Shown one piece after another: positions 1-9,448 of a stretch of 64,000 nucleotides of DNA (position 1 is the first letter of the stretch; every line of letters begins with the position of its first letter). The DNA lies in the NCBI GenBank assembly GCA_963744995.1, contig CAVUWA010000002.1, positions 256,001-320,000 on the forward strand, written 5' to 3'. The notes beneath the pieces are model-generated. The model had not been told where the DNA came from. It saw nothing but the letters and a program-made list of their open reading frames with translations, and ran no database searches. The stretch is from Candidatus Eiseniibacteriota bacterium. Lineage in GTDB: Bacteria; Eisenbacteria; RBG-16-71-46. The position numbers and the translations under genes are program-made.

Positions 1-1
1 C

Positions 2-196
2 ATGTCGGAGGTGAACAACTGGGCGCATGCGGGTGGCTTCGCGGGCGGCTGGATCGCGGCGAGCCTGATGCGGCCCGCGGACGAGAAGCGCGAGGGTCGC
101 GGCGTGCAGCTGCTCGCGCTGGCGCTGATCGCGGCGACGGTGCTCGGCTTCGTGCTGTCGTTCTGGAAGGTCACGAGGATGCTGCTCATCCGCTGA
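2..196 (+). CDS. Rhomboid-family intramembrane serine protease, C-terminal fragment (5' end outside window)
   Basis: NWAHAGGFAGG matches the rhomboid TM6 catalytic-His motif (AHxGG); followed by a further hydrophobic helix. Confidence 0.7.
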   Translation: MSEVNNWAHAGGFAGGWIAASLMRPADEKREGRGVQLLALALIAATVLGFVLSFWKVTRMLLIR

Positions 197-235
197 GGCG
201 TTTCACCGTGGACGTGCGCAGCTTGCCGCCGCGCC

Positions 236-793
236 TCAGCCCTGCGGCCCGCCCGCCTGCTGCGGCTGCAGATCGCCGCGGCGCAGGTGTTCGGCCAGAC
301 GCAGGCGATGGTCGCGTTGCAGCAGGACGGGATAGAAGTTCATGGGGACGTCGAGCCCCGCGAGCCACGCCGCCGACGCGGAATCGCCGCGCACGAGCGA
401 AGCCACCGCGAACGCGAGGATGATTCCGAATGCCACCAGATGCCCGGCCTCGGCCGCGCGCGTCTCGTGCTCGATGCGCTCCGCGTCGCCCGCGTGCCAG
501 GCCTCCGGCAGTGCGCGGTTGAACACCGCGAGCGGTCCGCGCCGGACCAGCGCGCGGAACAGCGGCACCCCGAGGGCCTGGTAGAAGCGGCCGCTCCGTT
601 CCCAGGCGCGCAACGAGAAGTAGCCTTCGAGGCGCGGCAGACCCCGCAGCGGCAGCACGAACGAAGACCACCCGACCACGGCCAGGTTGGCGAGCGCGGC
701 GCGCACGAACGCGCCCTGCCCGCGATCCCCCGCCAGGTAGATCAGAATCGCCGCGACGAGGAGGCTCGCCGCGGCGAAGGCCAGATGTCGCAT
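236..793 (-). CDS. CrtO-like (glycosyl-4,4'-diaponeurosporenoate acyltransferase family) membrane protein
   Basis: ATG at 793 with GGAGGAGG upstream; motifs W-E..G..Y..LGV..F, ETRAAEAGH and NFYPVLLQR..R.RL resemble the CrtO family. Confidence 0.6.
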   Translation of the reverse strand: MRHLAFAAASLLVAAILIYLAGDRGQGAFVRAALANLAVVGWSSFVLPLRGLPRLEGYFSLRAWERSGRFYQALGVPLFRALVRRGPLAVFNRALPEAWHAGDAERIEHETRAAEAGHLVAFGIILAFAVASLVRGDSASAAWLAGLDVPMNFYPVLLQRDHRLRLAEHLRRGDLQPQQAGGPQG

Positions 794-885
794 GGCCCTC
801 CTCCGCCCGCGGCGCGCCGGGGGCATCCGGCACGCCGGCCGGCGTGATCATGGCACAACTCCTTCGCAGGGAGGCGGGCAACAGT

Positions 886-947
886 GACGACCGGTGCCCG
901 CCATGGCGGCCCACCGACCGTTCATCGGGTCCGATCGACCGTTCGGC
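886..947 (+). promoter_or_regulatory. LytTR (AlgR-type) binding boxes
   Basis: Direct repeat CGACCGTTC at 915-923 and 936-944 (21-nt period); ACCGTTCATC and ACCGTTCGGC resemble the AlgR box ACCGTTCGTC; inverted copy (ACCGGTCGTC on - strand) at 886-895; lies upstream of a LytS/LytTR operon. Confidence 0.7.
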
Positions 948-1032
948 GGACGGCCCTTCCCGCCCGCGTACACGGCCCCGATGCTGACTCCGTCGCCGGC
1001 GCCAATGGGGGCGCGGCGTCCGGAGATCGAAC

Positions 1033-2130
1033 GTGAAGGCCACCGACATGCCTCCCCTCGCGCGCAGCAGCGCCCGCGCCGAGTTCCTGCGACTGCTGTG
1101 GCGGCAGGCCCTGTGGGCGTTGCCGTTCGCCGTCTTCTTCTGGGCCATGTACACGCAGTGGACCCTCGAGGGCTTCTGGATCACCCTGAAGGTCTCGCTG
1201 GTCTTCTCGTACCTGGTCGGCCTCGCCGTGTGGCTGGCGGCCCGGCTCGTGGTGGCCCGGCTGCGGCGCCGCACGGGCATCGGCGGCGCGCGCGTGGCGA
1301 TCGAGACGGCGACCTACACCTCGGCGGCGCTGGTCGGCGCCTACGCCGCCGCGGCGTTGATCCACTTCTGGATCCTGCCCGGCTTCCTCGGCAGCACGCG
1401 TGCGGTCGTCGTGAACGGGCTCTTCACGCTGCTGTTCGCGGCCCTGTTCGGCGGCATCGGCTACGCGATGCACTTCTACCGCGAGTCGTTGCGCCGCGCG
1501 CAGGCGGTCGAGACCATGCGCGCCGAACTCGCGCGCGCGGAGCTGCGCGCGCTGCGCGCCCAGCTCCATCCGCACTTCCTGTTCAACACCCTCAACTCGA
1601 TCGCGTCGCTGATCGCCGTCAATCCGGCCGAGGCCGAGGACACCACGACGCGCCTCGCCGAAATCTTCCGCTACGTGCTCACCGCCTCGCGCCGCGACAC
1701 CGTTCCGCTCGAGGGCGAGCTGGCGTTCCTGCGCGACGTGCTGCAGATCGAACACGTGCGTTTCGGCGACCGCCTGCGCTGGGAGGAGTCGATCGAGCCC
1801 GGACTCGAAGCCGTCCCGGTCCCCGGCCTGCTGTTGCAGCCGATCGTCGAGAACGCCGTGAAGTACGGAATCTCGAGCCGGCCCGAGGGCGGCACGGTGG
1901 CGATCGCCGCACGCCGCGAGCATGGCGACCTCGTGCTGGAGGTGAGCGACGACGGACCCGGCATGGACGCATCGGAGGTTCCGCCGGGCACCGGGTTCGG
2001 GCTTGCTTCCGTGCGCGATCGGCTGCGCGCCGCCGGTCTGCCGGACGCGCTCGAAATCGAAGCCGTTCCCGGCCGCGGCACCCGTGTCCGCATCCGCCTC
2101 CCCATGGAACCGAACGTCCACCCCTCGTGA
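1033..2130 (+). CDS. LytS/YehU-family sensor histidine kinase
   Basis: About four N-terminal TM segments; AQLHPHFLFNTLNSI His_kinase motif; LQPIVENAVKYG, DDGPG and GTGFGL ATPase boxes. Confidence 0.92.
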   Translation: MKATDMPPLARSSARAEFLRLLWRQALWALPFAVFFWAMYTQWTLEGFWITLKVSLVFSYLVGLAVWLAARLVVARLRRRTGIGGARVAIETATYTSAALVGAYAAAALIHFWILPGFLGSTRAVVVNGLFTLLFAALFGGIGYAMHFYRESLRRAQAVETMRAELARAELRALRAQLHPHFLFNTLNSIASLIAVNPAEAEDTTTRLAEIFRYVLTASRRDTVPLEGELAFLRDVLQIEHVRFGDRLRWEESIEPGLEAVPVPGLLLQPIVENAVKYGISSRPEGGTVAIAARREHGDLVLEVSDDGPGMDASEVPPGTGFGLASVRDRLRAAGLPDALEIEAVPGRGTRVRIRLPMEPNVHPS

Positions 2131-2141
2131 GGAGCTTCGAC

Positions 2142-2978
2142 ATGAATACCCGCGTGCTTTCGCCTGCCGCCGTCCTCGCCGCGCTTCTGCTCGCCCCGTC
2201 CGCTCAAACGGCACACGCCGCGGATGCCGCTCCCGGCGCCGGCGTCGCGGCGGCGGCGGCCGACACGGGGAATGACTCACGCACCGCCGCGCTCGAAGCG
2301 CTCGCCGCCGGAGTCACCGCGGGCGATGCCCGCGCGATCCTCGCGGCGCGCGCGAATCTTGCCGCGATGGCGGCGGGATCAGCCGATGACGCCTCGCTGC
2401 AATACTGGCTCGCAGTCGCCGACTGGCGCGCCGTGCCTCTGATGGCGGGCGACGACAAGGGCAAGAAGGCGGCGCAGCGCCAATGCGAGGCCGGGCTGGC
2501 GGCCGCCGAGCGCGCGACGCAGCTGGCTCCGTCCGACGCCGAAGCGATCGCGCTGCACGCCGGCCTCGAGGGCCTGTCGCTGAGCTTCAAGAATCCGATG
2601 GCGGCCATGACGCTCGGTCCGAAGATGGAAGAGGAAATGCAGAAGGCCCTCACGCTCGCGCCGAACAACCCGCGGGTGATGCTGCTCGACGCGATCAACA
2701 CGTTCCACAAGCCCGCGTTCGTGGGCGGCGGGGCGAAGAATGCGCGCGAGAAGCTCGAGAAGGCTCGCGCGGCGTTCGAGGCCGAGCCGACGACGCCCGA
2801 ACACTGGGGCCACGACGACGTCTATGTCTGGCTCGGGCGGGCCGCGATGGAGCTCGACGACTGGACCGCCGCGGAGACATGGCTGGAGAAGGCGCTCGAA
2901 GTGAGCCCCGGTCACGCCTGGGTCGGGAAGGTGCTGCTGCCGAAGGTCCGCGAGCAGCTCGCGAAGCAGGCGGGGTGA
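2142..2978 (+). CDS. Secreted TPR-like helical-repeat protein
   Basis: GGAG RBS then ATG at 2142; signal peptide ending AHA; TPR-like segments (KALTLAPNNPRV, WLEKALEVSPGH). Confidence 0.75.
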   Translation: MNTRVLSPAAVLAALLLAPSAQTAHAADAAPGAGVAAAAADTGNDSRTAALEALAAGVTAGDARAILAARANLAAMAAGSADDASLQYWLAVADWRAVPLMAGDDKGKKAAQRQCEAGLAAAERATQLAPSDAEAIALHAGLEGLSLSFKNPMAAMTLGPKMEEEMQKALTLAPNNPRVMLLDAINTFHKPAFVGGGAKNAREKLEKARAAFEAEPTTPEHWGHDDVYVWLGRAAMELDDWTAAETWLEKALEVSPGHAWVGKVLLPKVREQLAKQAG

Positions 2979-5209
2979 ACGCGGTGCGCCGTTCGCTGGG
3001 TCGGGCCGCCGGGCTGCTCGGGGCGTGCGTGGCATGCGTCGCGCTGTTCGTGCCCGCCATGGCGTCCGCAGCCACGGTCACCGGTGTCGTGGTGGACCGC
3101 CGCGGCGCACCGGTGGAGTATGCCACCGTCGGCGTGCCGGCATTGAAGCGTGGCGCCGTGACCGGCGTCGACGGCCGCTTCACCCTGACTCTGCCCGACG
3201 GTGACTTCGAGCTGCTGATCCAGCAGATCGGCTACGAGCAGCGCAGGGTGCGCGTGGACGCGGGCTCGGCCCTCGCGCCGCTGCGGATCGTGCTGGCCGA
3301 AGCGCCCGTGCCGGTCGCTCAGGTCAACGTCTCGGCTTCTTCGTTCGGCAAGGCGGGCGAGAGCGAAGGCGCGGTCGTGCGGCGGATGGACATCTACACG
3401 ACGCCGGGCGGCGCCGCGGACATCTTCCAGGCGCTGCGCGCGCTGCCCGGGATCAACGCCCCCAACGAGGGCGCCGCACTGTACGTGCGCGGCGGCGACC
3501 CGAGCGAGACGGTGGTGCGGCTCGACGGCGGCACGATCGGCCACCCGTATCACTTCGAGGGCGCGTCGGGCGGGCTGTTCTCCGCGCTCGACACCTACAT
3601 GCTGAAGAGCGCGTTCTTCTCGAGCGGCGGGTTCCCAGCGAAGTACGGCGGCGCGCTGTCCGGCGTGCTCGACGTCGAAACGCAGGATCCGCTCAACCTG
3701 CGCACGGTGTCGCTCGGCGCGAACCTGGCGGGCGGCAGCGCATCGGCGACGTGGGCGCTGATCCCGGACCGGCTGTCGACGATCGGCAGCTATCGCCGCA
3801 CGCAGCCCGAAATCCTGTTCAGGCTGTTCGGCTCCGCCAGCGACTACGAGTCGACCCCGACCAGCCACGACCTCATGGAACGGCTGCAGTACCGCTACTC
3901 CGGTTCCGGGCGCACGGCGCTGACGTGGGTCGAGTCCGGCAGCGACGCGCGGCTCACGGTGAACCACCTCAATACCTCCGATCGTGCCGCGCAGTCGTCG
4001 CGCAACCGCAGCGTCGCATGGAACCTCAAGGATGTCGTGCTCGGCCGGATCGCGCTGCGCATGCAGGCCTCCTACCAGCGCTACGAGCGCGACCTCGAGC
4101 TCGGCCCCGAGCGGCTGGCGCGCCGCGAGCACAACACGCAGCTCAACGCCGACGCGGTCTGGCCGCTGGGGTCGCGTCACGAGCTGTCGTTCGGCGCGAA
4201 CCTCGAGCACTTCGACACCGGATACGCGGGAGTCGCCGTCGACGACAGCACCGACTTCGGCGACGGCGCGCCGCTGCGCACGCTCGATGTACGCGCACGC
4301 GTCGCCTACCCGGGAATCTATGCCGAGGACAAGGTCCGGCTGATCGGAGCGCTCTACGCGACGATCGGCGGCCGGCTCGACCGGGCGTCCCGACCCGGCG
4401 TGTGGACCGCCGATCCGCGCGCCGCGCTCGCGCTCAGGATCGGCGAACACCAGACGCTGCGCGTCGCCACCGGCCGCTACCATCAGCTCGCCGACCCTGC
4501 GCGCATGGATCCGATCTACGGGAATCCGGCGCTTCGCCCACTCGAGGCCGACCACGTGATCGCCGGTTACGAGTGGAACTCCGAGTTCGGCACGGTGCGC
4601 GTCGAGGGGTTCCGCAAGGACTACCACGGCCTCGTCGCGCAGGACGCCGCCACGTTCTACTCCAACGATGGCTACGGCTACGCGCGCGGCGTGGACGTGT
4701 TCGTCCAGGGCACGTACGAGCGTCTCTCCGGCTGGCTGTCGTACGGTTATCTCGACTCGAAACGCAAGGAGGGCGACGATCCGCGCGAGTTGCCGTCGTC
4801 CTACGGCGTGCCGCACGCCCTGACGCTGGTCGGCAAGTACCAGGCGACGTCGAAGTGGCAGGTCGGCGCGAAGCTGAACGTCACGAGCGGACGGCCGTGG
4901 ACGCCGGTCGTGGGGGCGACCTACGATGCGGCCCGCGACCTGTGGCGGCCGATCTATGCCGAGAACAACTCGGCGCGGCTGCCGGCGTACCACCGGCTCG
5001 ACGTGCGGCTGATGCGGCTGTTCTCGCTGCCCGCGACCGGCGGCATTCCGGAGAGCAGCGTGTGCGTGTTCTACATCGAGGCGCTCAACGTGCTCGATAC
5101 GCGAAACGTGCTCGACGTCGTCTACAACGAGGACTACACCGTGGCGCGGAAGACCGAATCGTACTTCGGGAGGCGGCTGCTGGTGGCCGGCCTGGGACTG
5201 ACGTGGTAG
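2975..5209 (+). CDS. TonB-dependent receptor with N-terminal CarboxypepD_reg-like domain
   Basis: GTGA overlap with upstream stop; signal peptide; plug motifs (ALPGI, LYVRGG, GGFPAKYGGALSGVLDV); beta-barrel ending in W. Confidence 0.9.
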   Translation: MNAVRRSLGRAAGLLGACVACVALFVPAMASAATVTGVVVDRRGAPVEYATVGVPALKRGAVTGVDGRFTLTLPDGDFELLIQQIGYEQRRVRVDAGSALAPLRIVLAEAPVPVAQVNVSASSFGKAGESEGAVVRRMDIYTTPGGAADIFQALRALPGINAPNEGAALYVRGGDPSETVVRLDGGTIGHPYHFEGASGGLFSALDTYMLKSAFFSSGGFPAKYGGALSGVLDVETQDPLNLRTVSLGANLAGGSASATWALIPDRLSTIGSYRRTQPEILFRLFGSASDYESTPTSHDLMERLQYRYSGSGRTALTWVESGSDARLTVNHLNTSDRAAQSSRNRSVAWNLKDVVLGRIALRMQASYQRYERDLELGPERLARREHNTQLNADAVWPLGSRHELSFGANLEHFDTGYAGVAVDDSTDFGDGAPLRTLDVRARVAYPGIYAEDKVRLIGALYATIGGRLDRASRPGVWTADPRAALALRIGEHQTLRVATGRYHQLADPARMDPIYGNPALRPLEADHVIAGYEWNSEFGTVRVEGFRKDYHGLVAQDAATFYSNDGYGYARGVDVFVQGTYERLSGWLSYGYLDSKRKEGDDPRELPSSYGVPHALTLVGKYQATSKWQVGAKLNVTSGRPWTPVVGATYDAARDLWRPIYAENNSARLPAYHRLDVRLMRLFSLPATGGIPESSVCVFYIEALNVLDTRNVLDVVYNEDYTVARKTESYFGRRLLVAGLGLTW

Positions 5210-5219
5210 GAGGGGTGCG

Positions 5220-5990
5220 GTGAGCGCGAGCGATCTGCGGGTGCTGATCGTCGACGACGAACCGCTGGCCCGCGCCCGGGCACGGCGGCTGCTCGATCAG
5301 GGCGGCGGCGTGACCGTGGTCGGCGAAGCCGGGAGTGTCGCGGAGGCGCGGACGCGTCTCGCCGAGGGCGGCGTGGACCTGATCCTGCTCGACGTGCAGC
5401 TGCCGGGCGAGAACGGCTTCGCGCTGCTCGAGGGTCTCGCGCCGCGTCCGGCCGTGGTGTTCGTCACGGCATTCGACCAGTATGCGGTGCGGGCGTTCGA
5501 GGAGAACGCGACCGACTACCTGCTGAAGCCGTTCCGGGCCGAGCGGCTCGCGCAGGCCCTCGAGCGTGTTCGCAGCGACCTGCGGAAGCCGGACGAGATG
5601 TCGCGGCGGCTCGAGCGCCTGATCGCGGACCTCGGCCGCGCACAGGCCCCCGACGTGCTCGATCGTTTCACGGTGCGGGTCGGGCAGCGGCAGAAGATCG
5701 TGCGCGCGGACGAGGTGCTGTGGTTCGGAGCCGAGGACAAGCTCGTGTTCGCCGCCACCGCCGCCGACCGCCACTACGTGAACTTCACCCTCGACGAGCT
5801 CGAACGGAAGCTCGACCCGCGCAGGTTCCAGCGCGTGCATCGCAGCGCGATCGCGAACCTCGATCACGCGCGCGAGCTCAGGCCCGGCTTCGCCGGCACC
5901 TGGCGGCTGCTGCTCGACGACACCGCGCACACCGAACTGCCGGTGAGCCGGCAGCGGGCGAGGAAGCTGAAGGAGCGGCTCGGGGCGTGA
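5220..5990 (+). CDS. LytTR-family two-component response regulator
   Basis: REC domain (IVDDEPLAR, LLDVQLP, FVTAFD, DYLLKPF) plus LytTR domain (FQRVHRSAIAN, LPVSR). Confidence 0.95.
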   Translation: MSASDLRVLIVDDEPLARARARRLLDQGGGVTVVGEAGSVAEARTRLAEGGVDLILLDVQLPGENGFALLEGLAPRPAVVFVTAFDQYAVRAFEENATDYLLKPFRAERLAQALERVRSDLRKPDEMSRRLERLIADLGRAQAPDVLDRFTVRVGQRQKIVRADEVLWFGAEDKLVFAATAADRHYVNFTLDELERKLDPRRFQRVHRSAIANLDHARELRPGFAGTWRLLLDDTAHTELPVSRQRARKLKERLGA

Positions 5991-6053
5991 GGCACGCCGC
6001 CCACCGCGGCCGCGCGAGCGGCGGACGGATGCCCGGCCCGCGCGCCGGGCGCG

Positions 6054-6641
6054 CTACTTCTTCTTCCGCACCGAGGGCAGCGTCTGCGGCAGCCGCTCCC
6101 GCGCGGCCGAGCATGCCACCAGGACGCCAAATCGTCGGAGCCGCGTTTCCTCCCGTTTCGCCGACAGCACCCAGTGCAGGGCGATCCGCCGGTATCCGGG
6201 CGGCTGCGCTTCGAAATACGCCCACGCGCGCCGCTGCGCCGCGAAGCGCCGGCGCCACGAGGCCGGCAGGGACTCTCTCGCCGACTCGTACGAGTACTCG
6301 ACCGGATGCCGCTCGCGCCGCCGGTCGAACGCGGCGCGGCCGGGCGGCGTCATACGCCCGCCGGCGATCAGGGCGCGAGCGCGGGCCGCGTTGACCCGGC
6401 TCCACTTGCTGCCCGGACGGCGCGGCGTGAAGCGGATCACGTAGCTCGTGTCATCGAGCCGGCGGCGCACACCGTCGATCCAGCCGAAGCAGAGCGCCTC
6501 GTCGAGCGCCTCGGAATAGGTGATCCCGCCCCTGCCGCTGTCCTTGCGACGGAAGCCGAACCACGCCTCGCCGGTGCCGGCGTGATGCGCCTCGAGCCAG
6601 CGGCGGCAGGCCGCCGCCGACTCGAAGAAATGCGGTCTCAC
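6054..6641 (-). CDS. YdeI/OmpD-associated (bacteriocin-protection) family protein
   Basis: WLEAHH, ITYSEALDEALCFGWIDG, FTPRRPGSKWS.VN and SAKREETR motifs; GTG start at 6641; the ORF track joins it to the NmrA N-terminus only because of a frameshift. Confidence 0.85.
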   Translation of the reverse strand: MRPHFFESAAACRRWLEAHHAGTGEAWFGFRRKDSGRGGITYSEALDEALCFGWIDGVRRRLDDTSYVIRFTPRRPGSKWSRVNAARARALIAGGRMTPPGRAAFDRRRERHPVEYSYESARESLPASWRRRFAAQRRAWAYFEAQPPGYRRIALHWVLSAKREETRLRRFGVLVACSAARERLPQTLPSVRKKK

Positions 6642-6652
6642 GGCGGCGAGGC

Positions 6653-7610
6653 TCAGCTCTTCTGCGGCTGCTCGAGCTGAATGTGCTTCGCGTTCGCCGC
6701 GGCCCACTGCTCGAACGTCTGCAGCCCCGGGTAGAGTGAGCGCGAGAAGTCGAGGTCGCGGGACGCGCAGAACTCCTTCTCGAATTCGGCGTAGTACTGG
6801 AACATGTTGCCGATGTCGTCGGCGCCCGGGAAGCCGAACGAGCGGTAGACGTCGGGCGGCACGGCGTTGTAACGAACCTCGATGCCCAGCGCCCTGCCGA
6901 GGCCCGCGGCCATCTCGGCACCGGTCAGATGCCCGCCGGCGATGCCCACCGATTTGCCGATCAGGGCGTCGCCCTTCTTGAAGATTCCAAACGCGCACGG
7001 GCCGATGTCTTCGGAGGCGATGCCGGGGAGCTTCTTGTCGCCGAGCGGCAGCGTGATCGCATAGACGCCGTCCTCCTCCTTCTTCGGTCCCATGCCGGAG
7101 CCGAGGAGGTTGTTCCAGTAGAACGTGGTGTAGAGGAACGTCACCGGCAGGCCCTCGAACGCCGGGTGCGCCTCGGCCTTGGCGTCGAAGTGCGGCACCT
7201 TGTACCTGCCCTGCAGCGTCGGCATGCGGTCGTCCGACGAGCGGCACACGCTCGCGCGTGTCGTCGAGCGTGGACCAGATCACGTGCTTCGCGCCCGCGG
7301 CCTTCGCGGCTTCGGCGATGTTGCGGCCCTGCTGCGTCTCGCGCTCGGGCGACATGTGCTCCCAGAAGTTGGTGACGCCGTACACGCCATACGCGCCGGT
7401 AAACGCCCGCTCGAGGCTCGCCACGTCGTCCGTGTCGCCGGCGACGACCTCGGCGCCGGCCGCGGCAAGCGCCTTGCCCTTTTCGCCGTCCGGATGACGC
7501 GTGATCGCGCGCACCTTGAAGTCCGAGCCCTGGTCGGCGAGCGCCGCGCGCACCAGGCCGCCGCCCTGTGCGCCCGTGGCGCCGAGTACCGCGATGATCC
7601 GATCCGCCAT
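6653..7610 (-). pseudogene. NmrA/HSCARG-family NAD(P)-binding protein, one frameshift near 7240 (possibly a sequencing error)
   Basis: AVLGATGAQGG...HVIWSTLDDTR in one frame continues as SDDRMPTLQGRYKVPHFDAK in another; removing one base restores a full ORF. Confidence 0.8.
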
Positions 7611-7611
7611 T

Positions 7612-8061
7612 TCAGCCCCCTCGTTCGGAGTGTCGGTGAATGATGGTGTTGGTCATGGTCGCCACGTGGACACGCCGCTCCCCGTGGATCGCGAAGACGT
7701 CGGCCCGGACCACGCTGAGCGTGCGTCCCGGCTTGACCACTTCGCCGCAGGCCACCAGCCGCTCGCCGACGGCGGGCTTCAGCAGGTGGATGTCGAACCC
7801 CGCGCTCAACACGTCCGAATCGGGCGGCGCCAGCGTGTACGCCGCGTATCCGCACGCGCTGTCGGCGATGGTCGCCACGATGCCCGCGTGCACGTAGCCG
7901 TTCTGCTGCACCAGATCCTCCCGGCACGGGAGCTCGATCTCGACGACCCCGGGTTCGACGCGACCGAGGGTCGCCCCGATCAGGTGCATGACCTTCTGAT
8001 GCGAGAAACTCTCGCGGATTCTGGCGGAGAAGTCGGGATCGGGCGGGGCGAATTCACTCAT
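7612..8061 (-). CDS. PaaI-family (hotdog-fold) thioesterase
   Basis: QQNGYVHAGIVATIADSACGYAA and IHLLKPA...VKPGRTL motifs. Confidence 0.88.
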   Translation of the reverse strand: MSEFAPPDPDFSARIRESFSHQKVMHLIGATLGRVEPGVVEIELPCREDLVQQNGYVHAGIVATIADSACGYAAYTLAPPDSDVLSAGFDIHLLKPAVGERLVACGEVVKPGRTLSVVRADVFAIHGERRVHVATMTNTIIHRHSERGG

Positions 8062-8123
8062 CGCGTGAGATTGGGGGGCGCCGACGGTGGCGTCAACGTG
8101 TGGTGTGGTGAGGGCTTCGCGCC

Positions 8124-8663
8124 TCAACCGCTCCGTCCGAGCAGGTGGCAAACGTGGCTTCGCACCGGCCGGAACTCCACCAGGCCGACTTCCACCAGCC
8201 GCAGCGGGCCCACGGCGGCGGCCCGGCGGCAGACCTCGACGATGGGCCCGATGTGCTCGGCCGGCATCTCCATCGCCACGGTGCAGTGCGGCATCCAGCG
8301 CCCCGGAACGTAGTGGGGCCACTGTTCGAGTCCGAGTGGCTCGGCTGCGCGGTGGAACGACGCGTGGAAGCGCAGAAGCTCGGGCGTCACGGCCGGTGCG
8401 AGGTAGACCGCACGCTCATCTCCCGGGAAGACTCCGACCGACTTCACCTCCAGCGGAATTGGAGCCCATTCGCCCGTGAAGCTCTCGATGACGCGCGCCA
8501 GCGGGGCGATCGGCGCCCTCGGGTAGACCGCCAGGCTCAAGTGCGGGCGGGCGCCGACATCGAGCATGACGGAACAGAGCCCGGCGTCGGCCAGTTCCAA
8601 CCACAGTGCACGGACGCGGGCTTCGGCATCCGCGTCGAAGTTCGCCTCGATCGAAAAGGGCAT
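8124..8663 (-). CDS. 2H-phosphoesterase / 2'-5' RNA ligase superfamily protein
   Basis: Two HxS/T motifs (PHLSL, PHCTV) about 80 aa apart; AGGAG RBS. Confidence 0.8.
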   Translation of the reverse strand: MPFSIEANFDADAEARVRALWLELADAGLCSVMLDVGARPHLSLAVYPRAPIAPLARVIESFTGEWAPIPLEVKSVGVFPGDERAVYLAPAVTPELLRFHASFHRAAEPLGLEQWPHYVPGRWMPHCTVAMEMPAEHIGPIVEVCRRAAAVGPLRLVEVGLVEFRPVRSHVCHLLGRSG

Positions 8664-8677
8664 CGTGCGGCTCCTGA

Positions 8678-9220
8678 TCAGCGGACCCTGGCGTAGACGT
8701 AGCAATCGCGCGGATCGGGCGATACGTTGGGGTGGATCATCCAGCGATGCAGGATGCCCTCGCGCTGCATGCCCACCTTCTCCATCACACGTGCGGACGC
8801 CGTGTTTTCGACGTCGCACGTCGCCCAGATGCGGCGCACCTCGTCGTTGTCCTCGAGCCAGGTGACGAGCGTGCGGACGGCAGCCGTCGTGATCCCTCTG
8901 TTCCAGAGCCGGTGCGCCAGCACGCAGCCGAAGTCCACGTGATGGCCGCGGGCGCGGCACGCCAGCATTCCGACTGCAGGGGTCGCGGGTTCGGAGGACT
9001 CGGTGATCGCCCAGGTCCATTCGAGCCCGGATTCCCAGCGTCGCTCGCACAACTCCAGAAACGCCCGCGTATCGCCGATATCCCGGTGCGGGCGCCAGGC
9101 CAGGTAGCGGCACACTTCGGGATCGGTGGCGTATCGTTCGTAGATTGCGGGGGCGTCCGAGGTCCCCGCCCGGCGCAGGGCGAAACCCCTGCCGATGAAG
9201 GTCGTAGGCGGGCGGTCCAT
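8678..9220 (-). CDS. GNAT (RimJ/RimL-like) N-acetyltransferase
   Basis: LWNRGITTAAV and CDVENTASARVMEKVGMQREG motifs. Confidence 0.87.
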   Translation of the reverse strand: MDRPPTTFIGRGFALRRAGTSDAPAIYERYATDPEVCRYLAWRPHRDIGDTRAFLELCERRWESGLEWTWAITESSEPATPAVGMLACRARGHHVDFGCVLAHRLWNRGITTAAVRTLVTWLEDNDEVRRIWATCDVENTASARVMEKVGMQREGILHRWMIHPNVSPDPRDCYVYARVR

Positions 9221-9448
9221 GCCCGGAGTCTGCCACGGGACCGCGGCGCGGGAAACCGGCTCCGGCTGCGGACCCCGCGCTCTGGTCAGAGCGGGCCCGG
9301 GTCCGGTATCATTGCCACTCGGCCGGACGCCCGTCCGTGCCGATTTCACATGGTGGGCTGGAAGCGGGTGCGCTCGCTCTCCGGTCCGATTCCGAAGCGA
9401 TCCGTCGGGGCCGAGTGGCTCTTCCGGGTTGCGGAAAGAGAGTGATCC

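Noticed and set aside
6054..7610. Apparent NmrA-YdeI fusion
   Set aside because: Created by the frameshift near 7240; the NmrA C-terminus lies in another frame with its own stop at 6653
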